In this document: piece after piece, positions 19,344 through 28,466 of the stretch
Layout of the letters: the number at the start of each line of letters is the position of its first letter
Numbering within the stretch: position 1 is the first letter of the stretch
Assembly: GCA_963700145.1 (NCBI GenBank)
Contig: OY969474.1
Location: forward strand, 480,001-544,000
Direction of reading: 5' to 3'
Length of the DNA stretch: 64,000 nucleotides
Source: an uncultured Acidobacteriota bacterium
GTDB lineage: Bacteria > Acidobacteriota > Thermoanaerobaculia > Multivoradales > UBA5704
Notes under the pieces: model-generated
Seen by the model: the letters and a program-made list of their open reading frames with translations, nothing else
Told to the model about the DNA's origin: nothing
Databases searched by the model: none
Position numbers and translations under genes: made by a program

Positions 19344-20155
19344 CGGCGGCCGCGCTCCTCGCCCTGCTCGGCTGCCGGCAGCCCGCCGCGCCGCCGGCGC
19401 AGCCGCCACAGCCGGCGGCCGAGCGCCGCGCCCCCGCTCCCGCGCCCCCCGAGCGGCTGCGCGTGCGCGTCGTCGCGACCTATCCGCACGACACCGACGC
19501 CTACACCCAGGGCCTCCTCTGGCACGACGGCACGCTCTACGAGAGCACCGGCCAGTACGGCGAGTCGACGGTCAGGCAGGTCGAGCTGGCGACCGGCCGC
19601 GTGCTGCGCCAGGCCGAGCTGCCGCGGGAGTACTTCGGCGAGGGTCTGGCGTTGGTGGGGGACCGGCTGGTGCAGCTCACCTGGCAGGAGGGGGTGGCGC
19701 TGATCTGGGGGCTGGCCGACTTCGCACCGCGCGGGGAGCACCGGTACACCGGCGAAGGGTGGGGGCTGTGCTACGACGGCCGGCGCCTGGTGATGAGCGA
19801 CGGGTCGGCGCGGCTGACGTTTCGCGATCCGGAGAGCTTCGCGGTGACGGGTGGCGTCGACGTGGCGGTCGCCGGCGTGCCGGCGGATCGGCTGAACGAG
19901 CTGGAGTGCGTGGAGGGCGTGGTCTACGCCAACGTCTGGAGGGACCAGGAGATCTTCCGCATCGACCCCGACAATGGGCGGGTGACGGCGGTGATCGACG
20001 CGTCTGGGCTGCTGAGTGCGAAGGAGCGCCTCCCGGCGGATGTCTTGAACGGGATTGCTTATCGGCCGGAGACGGGGACGTTCTTTGTTACGGGGAAGTT
20101 GTGGCCCAAGCTCTTCGAAGTGGTATTTGAGGGTGGAGCCGCTCGGGGCGGATAG
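19331..20155 (+). CDS. Glutaminyl-peptide cyclotransferase (lipoprotein)
   Basis: YPHD..AYTQGL, ESTGQYG, FGEG, QLTW, GEGWGLC, NELE, YANVW, VLNGIA, VTGKLWP; LLGC lipobox. Start codon uncertain. Confidence 0.92.
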   Translation: MGRVAAAALLALLGCRQPAAPPAQPPQPAAERRAPAPAPPERLRVRVVATYPHDTDAYTQGLLWHDGTLYESTGQYGESTVRQVELATGRVLRQAELPREYFGEGLALVGDRLVQLTWQEGVALIWGLADFAPRGEHRYTGEGWGLCYDGRRLVMSDGSARLTFRDPESFAVTGGVDVAVAGVPADRLNELECVEGVVYANVWRDQEIFRIDPDNGRVTAVIDASGLLSAKERLPADVLNGIAYRPETGTFFVTGKLWPKLFEVVFEGGAARGG

Positions 20156-20691
20156 TGCCGCGTGAGATGCCGGGCCACCCGGCCCGCGAAGAGGCGCGCC
20201 CGCTTCGCGGGTCCTGGTTGGAAGAGGTGGTGGCTGGTTAGCGGGTGGAGGCTTCGCCGCTAACGCACGGTGGCCCCCTAACCGACACGCGCCGCTTCGC
20301 GGGCCTCTGGCCCGGCACATCACGCGGCGCCATGACTCGAATCTCTGAAGTGACGTCCAGCGGAGAAAGAGGCATCCCGAGCGAGAGCGAGGGATCTGGG
20401 CGGGGGGCGGCGCGATGCTGGTGGGTCCTCGCGCCACCCTGCCCCCAGATCCCTCGCTCACGCTCGGGATGACATGGGCAGGGGCTCCACCGCCGGTTCT
20501 AGGGCCCGCAGGATCTCTGGAGCGCCGGGCGCTCCGTCCGCTCCCCCTGGCAGGCCACCGTGCGAGGCGACGAAGGCAAGACCGTGTTTGCCGGCAAGGC
20601 GCCTCTGTACCAGCACGCGAAGCGCGGACATCAAGGAGCGCCCGGCGCGGAGGAGACCTGCGGGACCCCACACCGGAACGGCCGCAGCAAG
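20144..20691 (-). repeat. Composite hairpin repeat, copy B (inverted relative to copy A)
   Basis: Same three modules in the same order as 1175-1766; its end supplies the TAG stop of the cyclotransferase. Confidence 0.85.
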
Positions 20692-20713
20692 AGGGGTGGG
20701 GGTAGGGCTGGAA

Positions 20714-20989
20714 CTAAGAAACGGTGCTGAGCTCGATCTTGAGCATCCGCGCCCAGGCGGAGCGGAGGTTCTCGGGGAGCTCTAGGGAGGGGAAGATCTC
20801 GCGAACCTCTTCGCGGCTGACGTAGGCCCAGATGTCGTCCCACTGGGCGTAGCGGAGGAGGTGGGAGATCGCCCAGGCTCTCTGCTCCTGCGTGCCGCGG
20901 GTGAGGATGTCGCGCAGCTCCACGGCGGTCACGCGGCGGTCGGGGAAAAAGTACAGGCCGTCGTCCCGCGGCTTGCCGGGCGGGTGCAT
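20714..20989 (-). CDS. Small helical hypothetical protein
   Basis: MHPPGKPRDDGLYFFPDR...RAWAISHLLRYAQWDDIW; GAGG RBS; protein-like composition. Confidence 0.65.
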   Translation of the reverse strand: MHPPGKPRDDGLYFFPDRRVTAVELRDILTRGTQEQRAWAISHLLRYAQWDDIWAYVSREEVREIFPSLELPENLRSAWARMLKIELSTVS

Positions 20990-21061
20990 GGCCTCAGTAT
21001 GAGGGCTCCGCCGCGAGCGCGCAAGCCGTTGCGGTGCCGGCAAACTCCGCGCCATCGCCCC

Positions 21062-21090
21062 TTGACCCACCCCTGCCGCTCGGCTAGATT
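21062..21090 (+). promoter_or_regulatory. Sigma70-type promoter of tRNA-Gly(CCC)
   Basis: TTGACC-17 bp-TAGATT, 23 bp upstream of the tRNA. Confidence 0.65.
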
Positions 21091-21113
21091 GACGCTTCGT
21101 TCGAAGCCTTCGA

Positions 21114-21189
21114 GCGGGCATAACTCAGCTGGTAGAGTGCAAGCTTCCCAAGCTTGATGTCGCGGGTTCGAGTCCCGTTGCCCGCTCCA
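21114..21189 (+). tRNA. tRNA-Gly(CCC)
   Basis: Cloverleaf, anticodon arm CAAGC-TTCCCAA-GCTTG, GGTTCGAGTCC T-arm, encoded CCA. Confidence 0.97.
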
Positions 21190-21208
21190 CTTCCGAGCTC
21201 CGCCCTCC

Positions 21209-21628
21209 GTGTCCATCTTCCGCCGCCAGGAGAGCCGCCCGCCCGCCGACGAGGCGGCGGCGGCTGGCGCCGAGCGCACCCTGATCGCCGCCGGGTCGCT
21301 GGTGCGCGGTGAGATCTCCGGCCTGACCGAGCTGGTCGTCGAGGGGCGGGTCGAAGGCGAGGTGCGGGTGGACGCGGGAGTGGCGATCGGACCGCGCGGC
21401 GAGATCGTCGGCCCGGTGCGCGGCCGCACCGTGCGGATCGCCGGCCGGGTGGTCGGCCGGGTCGAAGCGGAGGAACGGGTCGAGCTGCTGCCGGAAGGGT
21501 GTCTCGAAGGGGACATCTCGGCGCCGCGCATCGTGGTCGGCGAGGGCGCCTTCTTCAAGGGCGTGGTCGAGATGCACGTGCAAGAACGCGGGCAAGAGGA
21601 GCGGCAGCGCGACGAGAGGGGCGGCTGA
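21209..21628 (+). CDS. Bactofilin (polymer-forming cytoskeletal protein)
   Basis: TLIAAGSLVRGEI, VEGRVEGEV, GDISAPRIVVGEGAFFKG. Confidence 0.88.
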   Translation: MSIFRRQESRPPADEAAAAGAERTLIAAGSLVRGEISGLTELVVEGRVEGEVRVDAGVAIGPRGEIVGPVRGRTVRIAGRVVGRVEAEERVELLPEGCLEGDISAPRIVVGEGAFFKGVVEMHVQERGQEERQRDERGG

Positions 21629-21660
21629 CCTGCGGGAGCTGCTGTAGAAACCTCTACTGC

Positions 21661-21746
21661 TGTCATCCCGAGCGTTAGCGAGGGATCTGGGGGTTGGGGC
21701 GGCGCGAAGAACCCCCGCCCAGATCCTTCGCTTCGCTCAGGATGAC
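21661..21746. repeat. REP-like inverted pair
   Basis: GTCATCCCGAGCGTTAGCGAGGGATCTGGG...CCCAGATCCTTCGCTTCGCTCAGGATGAC; same family as 1420-1522. Confidence 0.9.
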
Positions 21747-22703
21747 GTCGATCGGGCTTCCCGCAACTTCTTCCCAGAGCGCTTTCACGTCCTCCGCTAC
21801 CGGCGCTTCGAAGGCGACCGGCTCGCCGGTCGCCGGGTGGCGGAAGGCGAGGCGCCAGGCGTGGAGGGCCGGGCGTGGGAAGCCTTCGAGCGTGCGGCGC
21901 ACGGGAGCCGGCAGACCCTTCCACCGCGCCTCGCCGTAGACCGGGTCGCCGACCAGCGGGTGGCCGAGGTGCTTCAGGTGCACGCGGATCTGGTGCGTGC
22001 GTCCGGTCGCGAGGTCCAGCTCGAGGAGCGCGATCCCGGCCGCCGCGGCGAGGGTGCGGTAGCCGGTCGCCGCCGGGCGGCCGTCGCGCCGCACCGTCAT
22101 CTCCTTGCGCCGCGACGGATGGCGGCCGATCGGCGCCTCGATCCGGCCCGCCGGCGGGCGCGGCGCGCCGTAGGCGATGGCGAGATACCGCTTCTCGACC
22201 TCGCGCGCCGCGAAGGCGCGGGCGAGCCGCTCGTAGGCCGCGGCGGTGCGCGCGGCGACGAGGACGCCGCTGGTGTCCTTGTCGAGCCGGTGGACGATCC
22301 CCGGCCGCCCGGGGCCGCCGACGCCGGCCATCTCCGGGTAGCGGGCGAGGAGACGGTGGGCCAGGGTGCCGGTCGCGCGGCCGGCGCCGGGATGGACGGT
22401 GAGCCCCGCCGGCTTGTCCAGCACCACGAGGTGCGGATCCTCGTGCAGCACGGCGAGCGGCGCCTCTTCGGGCGCGATCCGCTCCTCGGTCGCGGGCGGC
22501 GGCACGCAGTCGATCCGCTCGCCGGCCGCGACCGGCGTCGAGGGCTTCGCCGGCGCGCCGCCGACGCGCACCAGCCCGGCCTCGATCCAGCGCCGCACCT
22601 GGTTGCGCGGGCGGTCGAGGCGCGCCGCGACGTGGCGGTCGAGCCGCTCGCCGGCCGCCTCCGGCGGCACGGTCCAGCGGTGGGCCGAGGCGGGCGGGGT
22701 CAG
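21675..22703 (-). CDS. rluD: RluA-family (RluD-like) 23S rRNA pseudouridine synthase
   Basis: S4 domain (GERLD), DKPAGLTVHPG, HRLDKDTSG, TGRTHQIRVH, GDPVYG, ALHA. Start uncertain (22703 or 22670); downstream of lspA. Confidence 0.9.
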   Translation of the reverse strand: MTPPASAHRWTVPPEAAGERLDRHVAARLDRPRNQVRRWIEAGLVRVGGAPAKPSTPVAAGERIDCVPPPATEERIAPEEAPLAVLHEDPHLVVLDKPAGLTVHPGAGRATGTLAHRLLARYPEMAGVGGPGRPGIVHRLDKDTSGVLVAARTAAAYERLARAFAAREVEKRYLAIAYGAPRPPAGRIEAPIGRHPSRRKEMTVRRDGRPAATGYRTLAAAAGIALLELDLATGRTHQIRVHLKHLGHPLVGDPVYGEARWKGLPAPVRRTLEGFPRPALHAWRLAFRHPATGEPVAFEAPVAEDVKALWEEVAGSPIDVILSEAKDLGGGSSRRPNPQIPR

Positions 22704-23245
22704 GTCTTGCGCGCGCGCCCGCCGCGCAGGCTGTCGAGCGCCATCAGCACGATGCCCACCGAGATGGCGCTGTCGGCGACGTTGAAGGCCGGCCAGTGGC
22801 GGGTGCCGACGTAGACGTCGACGAAGTCGGTCACCGCGCCGCTCGCCACGCGGTCGATGAGGTTGCCGAGGGCGCCGCCGACGACCAGGGCCAGCGCCAC
22901 CAGCAGGACGCGGTCGTGGGCCGAGGCGAGCCAGAAGTAGGCGAGGACGGCGGCGAGGGCGGCCACGCCGAGCGCGGTCAGCAGCCAGGAGTTGCCGCCG
23001 CCGTCGCTGGCGAAGAGGCCGAAGGCGACGCCGTTGTTGCGGATGTGGGTGAGGTTGATGAAGCCGGGAACCACCGGGTGCGCGCTGTGCGGCGGCAGGT
23101 GGACCTCGACCAGCCACTTCGTCCACTGGTCGGCCACCAGCACGGCGAGGGCGACGAGCAGGTAGCGGAGCTTCGCCGCGCCGCTGAGCGCGGCGGCCGC
23201 CGCCCCGTCGAGCGCCGTGCCGGTCGTCAAGGTCTCGCCGTTCAC
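22700..23245 (-). CDS. lspA: Lipoprotein signal peptidase II
   Basis: DQWTK, NNGVAFG, GGALGNLIDR, VTDF, FNVADSAI. Confidence 0.96.
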   Translation of the reverse strand: MNGETLTTGTALDGAAAAALSGAAKLRYLLVALAVLVADQWTKWLVEVHLPPHSAHPVVPGFINLTHIRNNGVAFGLFASDGGGNSWLLTALGVAALAAVLAYFWLASAHDRVLLVALALVVGGALGNLIDRVASGAVTDFVDVYVGTRHWPAFNVADSAISVGIVLMALDSLRGGRARKT

Positions 23246-23895
23246 TGGTCCTCCGGTGCGCTCCCGGCGCGCTTCGCCGCCGCGAAGGCGCGGCGGGCGG
23301 CGGCCACGACCGCCGGGAGCTCCTCCTCCCGCTGGAAGAGGCGGATGCCGGCCGCGCCGGCCGCGCCCGCCTCGGCCACCTCCGGGATACGCTCGATTGT
23401 AATGCCTCCGAGGGCGAGGACGGGGACGCCGAGCGCCGCCGCCCGCCGCAGCGCCGAGAGCCCCTGCGGCGCGCCCTTCCCCGGCGTCTCCCAGACCGGG
23501 CCGAAGAGGACGTAGTCGGCGCCCTCGTCGCGGGCGCGCTCGACCTCGTCGAGGGTGTGGGTGGAGCGGCCGAGGAGCGGGCGCGGGCCGAAGGCGCGGC
23601 GCAGCGGCGCGAGCGGCAGGCCGTCGGCGGGGAGGTGGGCGCCGTCGGCGCCGGCGGCGCAGGCGATGTCGAGGCGGCCGTTGAGGAGGAGGCGCACGGC
23701 GGGGGGAAGGGCGGCGCGGGCGCGGCGGGCGAGGCCGTAGAGGGCGCGGTCGTCGAGGTCTTTCTCGCGCAGCACGAGGGCGCCGGCGCCGGCGGCGCCG
23801 AGGGCGTGGAGCCAGCGCGTCATGGGGTCTTCCCAGGCGCGGCCGAAGGCGTGGCGGTCGCTGATGGCTAGGAGGTGGAAGTCAGGATTGGGCAC
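23242..23895 (-). CDS. thiE: Thiamine phosphate synthase/TenI family protein
   Basis: LREKDL, NGRLDIA, GAHL, GRSTH, DYVLFGPVWETPGK, ALGGIT. Confidence 0.8.
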   Translation of the reverse strand: MPNPDFHLLAISDRHAFGRAWEDPMTRWLHALGAAGAGALVLREKDLDDRALYGLARRARAALPPAVRLLLNGRLDIACAAGADGAHLPADGLPLAPLRRAFGPRPLLGRSTHTLDEVERARDEGADYVLFGPVWETPGKGAPQGLSALRRAAALGVPVLALGGITIERIPEVAEAGAAGAAGIRLFQREEELPAVVAAARRAFAAAKRAGSAPEDQ

Positions 23896-24139
23896 GGGGG
23901 GTGCGGCGGAGGGCGAGGAGGGCGTCGAGGTCGTGGGCGCCCCAGACGAGGTGGACTAAGCCGAAGCCGGTTACTGCGCCGCGGGCGGCGGGGTGGAGGG
24001 CTAGGGTGCGGAGGGCGGCTAGCGGGATCTGGACGATGTTGCGGTCCCAGACTGGGCTCCAGGGGGCCATGATCAGGAACAGGCCTGCTTCCACGCAGTA
24101 GAGGATGAAGAGTAGGCGGAAGAGGACCTCTAGGCGCAT
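23882..24139 (-). CDS. Small membrane protein
   Basis: MRLEVLFRLLFILYCVEAGLFLIMAPWSPVWDRN...RGAVTGFGLVHL; two TM segments; overlaps the thiE start. Confidence 0.7.
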   Translation of the reverse strand: MRLEVLFRLLFILYCVEAGLFLIMAPWSPVWDRNIVQIPLAALRTLALHPAARGAVTGFGLVHLVWGAHDLDALLALRRTPRAQS

Positions 24140-24199
24140 GGGAGGCGGGATTGTAGCTGGGGGGAGGGAGAGGGGGAGGATGATGGAGGGTTCGCGTGG

Positions 24200-24360
24200 G
24201 GCCGGGCGCGGGGTGCTCCGGCCGGGACCGGCGCGCGCTTTGAAGACTGCGGGGGGTGGCGCGCGCCTGCGCTTCGCTGCGCGCGGGGTCGGTGGGGGAC
24301 TGCGGTGGGCGTTGCTGGCGCTTGCGAAGAGCTCCCGGCCGGAGCACCCCGCGTCCGGCC
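24200..24360. repeat. REPIN/MITE-like hairpin (28-bp arms, ~105-nt spacer)
   Basis: GGCCGGGCGCGGGGTGCTCCGGCCGGGA (24200-24227) pairs with TCCCGGCCGGAGCACCCCGCGTCCGGCC (24333-24360). Confidence 0.75.
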
Positions 24361-24381
24361 TGGGCACCGCCTACTTGAAAC

Positions 24382-24472
24382 GCCCCCGCCCAGATCCTTC
24401 GCTACGCTGCGCTCCGCTCAGGATGACGTGTAGCCGTCATCCTGAGCGAAGCGAAGGATCTGGGTGGGGGGC
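24382..24472. repeat. REP-like inverted pair, arms in swapped orientation
   Basis: CCCAGATCCTTCGCT...CGCTCAGGATGAC-gtgtagcc-GTCATCCTGAGCGAAGCGAAGGATCTGGG. Confidence 0.88.
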
Positions 24473-24474
24473 CT

Positions 24475-26781
24475 CTAGTCGTCCCCGTCCCCGTCGCCGC
24501 GGCTGCGGCTGCGGGGCTGACGGCTCGAAGAGCTCGGCGGGGAGTCGGAGCCTCGCGAGCGCGGGGCTGCCGAGCGACCGCCGCCGCTGCTGCTCGGGGG
24601 GGACGAGGCGCGCGGGGCGCTGGGGCGCGCGGGGGGAGGTGAGTAGCTGCCGGAGCGGCCCGCGGGTGGGGACGAGGGGCGGTAGCTCGGGCGTGAGCGG
24701 ACCTCTGGCGCGCTGGGGGCCGGGCGGGACGGGGGGGCGGAGCGGATGGTGGGAGCGCTCTCGTCCCGGCGGGGGGCGCGGCGGAGCTCTCGGCCGGCGT
24801 CGCTCTCGGGGCGGGCCTGGCGCGGCTCGGCCGTCGAGCGGAATGAACGCTGGGGCGGCTCGCGGTCGGCTGCTCGGGGGCGGCTCTCGCGGGCTTCGCC
24901 GTCGGAGCGGCTGCCGCTGTCGTCGCGCTCGCGGACGCGCCAGGACTCGCCGCCGGAGTCGCTCTCCGCCGGCGGGGTGCGGCGGTCCTCGGGAGCGGCG
25001 CGCGGCGTGTCGCTGCTGCCGCCGTCACTCTCGGGCGGGTTGACGCGGCGCTCGGGGACGGCGCGCGGGGCGTCGCTGGCGCCGGCTTCGCCGTCGTCGC
25101 GGCGGCGGACCCGCCAGGCCTCGGGGGCGGTGTCGCTCTCGGGCGGACGGGCCGGACGCGCGGGGACGGCGCGCGGGGCGTCGCTGGCACCGCTCTCGCC
25201 GTCGTCCCGACGGTCGCGGGGGCGGACGCGCCAGGCGTCGCCGCCGCTGTCGGTGGCCGGGGTGTCGGGGCGGGCCGGGACGGCGCGTGGGGTGTCGCCT
25301 ACGACGCGCGGGCCTTCGCCGGCGCCACCCGCACCGCCGTCGCGGCGGTCGACGGCGATGCGCGGCCGCAGCGGCGAGCCTTCGGGTGCGTCGCCGGGGC
25401 GCTCGACGGCGACGCGGCGCATCACCTCGGGCGGCAGCTCGTTGCGCCGCTCGATGAAGGGGGTGACGTCCGGCAGGTCGCCGCCGGCCGCGCGGCGCGG
25501 GGTGACGTCGCGGCGGCGGAGGACCTCCTGGACGTCGCGCGGGTTGCCCAGGCGGTCGGGGGTGAGCGACCGCGTGTCGGTCGTCAGGATGCCGCGGCCG
25601 AGCCCGCCGGGGCGGGTCTCGCGCAGGTCGCGGCCGCCGCGCGCCCAGCGGTAGAGGTCGCGCCGCTGGAAGTGGTCGTAGCCCACGAAGCTCCAGTCGT
25701 CGTAGGGTCCCCAGCCGCCGCCCACCCAGCCGTAGACGCCGTGGCGGAAGCCGCCGCCCCAGCCGCGGTTGTACCAGTGGGTGTAGTAGCCCACCGGGCA
25801 CCAGCCGACGTGGCTCGAGCCCCAGTACCAGTAGACCCAGGCGGGCGCGAAGGTGCGGCCCGGGTACCAGACCCAGCCGTAGGCCGGCGCGTAGTCCCAG
25901 GTGCCGTAGTGGTAGGGCACCCAGCCCCACGGCTCGGAGGTGACCCAGAAGTAGCCGGCCGGCGTGTAGGCCCAGCGGCCGAGGTGGTAGGGGCGCCAGC
26001 CGAGGGCGACGCGCGGCCGCCAGACCCAGGAGCGGTTGTAGTTGACCCAGGAGCCGTAGCGGTGGAGCGACGAGCCCTGGTAGCGGAGATCGGGGTCGAG
26101 GTAGGCGTAGCGGTCGCCGTCGCTCTCGTACTCGTCGTCGAGGCGCTCGGCCCAGCGCTCCAGCCCGTCGCGCCCGTCGGCGTCCTGCACGTCCACCCGC
26201 GGGTCGCGCACGCCGTCGACCCAGGCCTGCTCGTCCTCGCGCACCACGGCCGAGCCGCGCTCGGTCACCACCTCGGCGTACCCCTCGCGCACCACGACCT
26301 CGGTCCACTCCTCGTCGCCGGTGCCGATGCGGTAGCTGCCTTCGTCCTGCACGTAGACGGTGGCGTTCGGCGTGTCGATGCGCGGCGGCTCGCCGCCGCC
26401 CCGCCGCACGACGAGCTGGATGTTGCCGTCGAGCAGGCGCAGCACGGTCTGGCGGTCGTTGCTCTCGGGCGAGTCGGCGAGGCGCTCGAAGAGGAGCTCC
26501 GTGCCGCCGTCCACGCGCAGCAGGTTGCCGTCGGAGAGGACCACCTCGAGGCGGCCGTTCCGCGGCACCCAGAGGCGGTCGCCGGCGAGCACCGGCTGGT
26601 TGAGCTCGGCGGCGGCGCGGCCGCCGGAGCCGGCCTGGGTGACCGTGGCGGAGCCCTCGATCACCCGGAAGTAGCCGTAGCTGCCGTCGCGGTCGGCGGC
26701 GGCCGGGGCGGCCAGCAGCAGCAGCAGGGCGGCGGCGGCCCACAGGGTGTGGAGGGAGCGGGACGGGACGCTGGCGGGCAT
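24475..26781 (-). CDS. FecR + DUF6600 domain exported protein with a low-complexity repeat tail
   Basis: Signal peptide; N.PV..GDRL and IDTPNA FecR features; WRPY..GRW, EPWGWVPYHYGTW, WVWYPG..FAPAWV; C-terminal SDAPRAVP repeats. Confidence 0.85.
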   Translation of the reverse strand: MPASVPSRSLHTLWAAAALLLLLAAPAAADRDGSYGYFRVIEGSATVTQAGSGGRAAAELNQPVLAGDRLWVPRNGRLEVVLSDGNLLRVDGGTELLFERLADSPESNDRQTVLRLLDGNIQLVVRRGGGEPPRIDTPNATVYVQDEGSYRIGTGDEEWTEVVVREGYAEVVTERGSAVVREDEQAWVDGVRDPRVDVQDADGRDGLERWAERLDDEYESDGDRYAYLDPDLRYQGSSLHRYGSWVNYNRSWVWRPRVALGWRPYHLGRWAYTPAGYFWVTSEPWGWVPYHYGTWDYAPAYGWVWYPGRTFAPAWVYWYWGSSHVGWCPVGYYTHWYNRGWGGGFRHGVYGWVGGGWGPYDDWSFVGYDHFQRRDLYRWARGGRDLRETRPGGLGRGILTTDTRSLTPDRLGNPRDVQEVLRRRDVTPRRAAGGDLPDVTPFIERRNELPPEVMRRVAVERPGDAPEGSPLRPRIAVDRRDGGAGGAGEGPRVVGDTPRAVPARPDTPATDSGGDAWRVRPRDRRDDGESGASDAPRAVPARPARPPESDTAPEAWRVRRRDDGEAGASDAPRAVPERRVNPPESDGGSSDTPRAAPEDRRTPPAESDSGGESWRVRERDDSGSRSDGEARESRPRAADREPPQRSFRSTAEPRQARPESDAGRELRRAPRRDESAPTIRSAPPSRPAPSAPEVRSRPSYRPSSPPAGRSGSYSPPPARPSAPRASSPPSSSGGGRSAAPRSRGSDSPPSSSSRQPRSRSRGDGDGDD

Positions 26782-27040
26782 CGTGTTCTCCTCGGTTTGC
26801 ACCGTATACCTCTGCCGGCGCGGAGAGCAACCCTCGCGCCATCTTGGCCGGGCTCGCCCGGCGGCGCCTCGGCGAGGGCGCGCACGGCCGGACAGCCTTG
26901 CGCCAACTGTAGTTACCGGCGCTTGGCCCTATAATGGCCGCTCCCCGCGGCGGTCCCCCGATGTCCACCGCAGACGTCGCCGGCGTCCACTCGGCGCCGC
27001 AGCGGACAGGGGGCCGGCCGCGGCGGTCCCGGGAGGCGGC

Positions 27041-27919
27041 GTGGCGTTCAAGAGCTGGTTCCGCGGCGGCGGCGGTGCGCAGCAGCCGCAGCAGGAGTAC
27101 ACGATTGACGATCTCATCGTCCTCGAGCGGTACGAGGAGGCGGAGCTGCGCCTGCGCGCCAAGCTGCGCACCAACCCCGAGGATCTCCACTCGCGGCTCA
27201 AGCTCGCCGAGGTCTACAGCCAGCTCCAGCAGTACGAGAAAGCGGTCGAGGAGTACTCGCTGGTCGCCGAGGAGTACGCCCAGGACGGCTTCTACGAGAA
27301 GGGGGTCGCCCTCCTCGCCAAGGCGCAGAAGCTGGCGCCGCTCGACCAGTCGATCCGCTTCAAGGTCGAGCGCTACCAGCGCGAGAAGAGCATGGAGCAC
27401 GTGCGGGCGCTGGCCATTGAAGGGCTGCGCCAGGCCGGCGGGCAGAAGGCGGGGACCTCGGCGGTCGAGCTGCAGCGGCTCTGGCACAACCTGGCGAGCA
27501 GCCGGCTCGTCCAGCGGCTCACGCCCGAGCAGCTCAAGCGCCTCCTCTCGACCATGCAGCTCGCCCACTGCAAGGAGGGGACGCAGCTCGCCGAGGAGGG
27601 GAGCCGCGACGGCGAGCTGCTGCTCATCGTGCGCGGCGTCCTCGAGGCCTTCGTGGACGGCCCGGAGAAGAAGCCGCTCGGCGTGCGCAGCTTCACCTCC
27701 GGCGACATCGTCGGCGAGGGTGTGCTGCTCGAGCGCGGCGCCTGGCCCGCCAGCTACCGGGCGAGCGAGAACGCCACCGTCCTCAAGCTCGACCGCGAGG
27801 GGCTGGAGCAGAACCTGGTCGGCAACTCCGATCCGCGCGCCTTCCTCGAGGCCCTGCGCGAGCAGCACAACGACCGCGACGTGGGCGTGGCCGTGCGCCG
27901 GCTGCGGGGCGGCGGCTAG
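27041..27919 (+). CDS. TPR-like plus cyclic nucleotide-binding domain protein
   Basis: GTG after GGGAGG; helical N-terminus; EEGSRDGELLLIVRG..GDIVGEGVLL..ASYRA cNMP fold. Confidence 0.8.
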   Translation: MAFKSWFRGGGGAQQPQQEYTIDDLIVLERYEEAELRLRAKLRTNPEDLHSRLKLAEVYSQLQQYEKAVEEYSLVAEEYAQDGFYEKGVALLAKAQKLAPLDQSIRFKVERYQREKSMEHVRALAIEGLRQAGGQKAGTSAVELQRLWHNLASSRLVQRLTPEQLKRLLSTMQLAHCKEGTQLAEEGSRDGELLLIVRGVLEAFVDGPEKKPLGVRSFTSGDIVGEGVLLERGAWPASYRASENATVLKLDREGLEQNLVGNSDPRAFLEALREQHNDRDVGVAVRRLRGGG

Positions 27920-27944
27920 GGGCTCCTGGCCGGCAGCCGGCGGC

Positions 27945-28466
27945 ATGGCGATCCTCCCGATCCGCATCTACCCGGACCCGGTGCTGCGCGAAGTCTGCCC
28001 CCGAGTGACAGACTTCGGCGGTGCCGCGCTGCGCCAGCTGGCGCGCGACATGGTGGAGACCATGCATGCGGCGCCCGGGGTGGGGCTGGCGGCGCCGCAG
28101 GTCGGCCTGACGGTGCGGCTGGCGGTGGTGGACCTGACGGTGGGCAAGGAGCCGGAGGAGCTGAGAGTGCTGGTCAACCCGGAAGTGTTGGAGCCGGAGG
28201 GCAAAGAGGTGGAGGAGGAGGGGTGCCTCTCGATCCCCGGCCTGCTCGACAAGGTCGAGCGCCCGGCGCGAGTGCGGGTGCGGGCGCAGGACGTGGACGG
28301 CACGCCCTTCGAGCTCGTCGCCGAGGGGTGGCTGGCGCGCGCCGTCTGCCACGAGGTGGACCACCTCGACGGCGTGCTCTTCACTGACCGGCTGCGCGGG
28401 CTGCGCCGGGAGCGGGCGAAGCGCCAGCTCCGGCGCCTCGCGGCGACGCACGAGGTGACGGTGTGA
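27945..28466 (+). CDS. def: Peptide deformylase
   Basis: GVGLAAPQVG, EGCLS, HEVDHLDG. Confidence 0.97.
   Translation: MAILPIRIYPDPVLREVCPRVTDFGGAALRQLARDMVETMHAAPGVGLAAPQVGLTVRLAVVDLTVGKEPEELRVLVNPEVLEPEGKEVEEEGCLSIPGLLDKVERPARVRVRAQDVDGTPFELVAEGWLARAVCHEVDHLDGVLFTDRLRGLRRERAKRQLRRLAATHEVTV

Noticed and set aside
1175-20691. Composite transposon or invertible segment bounded by the two inverted mosaic copies
   Set aside because: The copies are diverged, the enclosed genes are core housekeeping, and there is no transposase or recombinase.
24750-25320. Repeats in the 3' part of the DUF6600 gene as a non-coding array
   Set aside because: In-frame low-complexity peptide repeats (SDAPRAVP) in a disordered tail.
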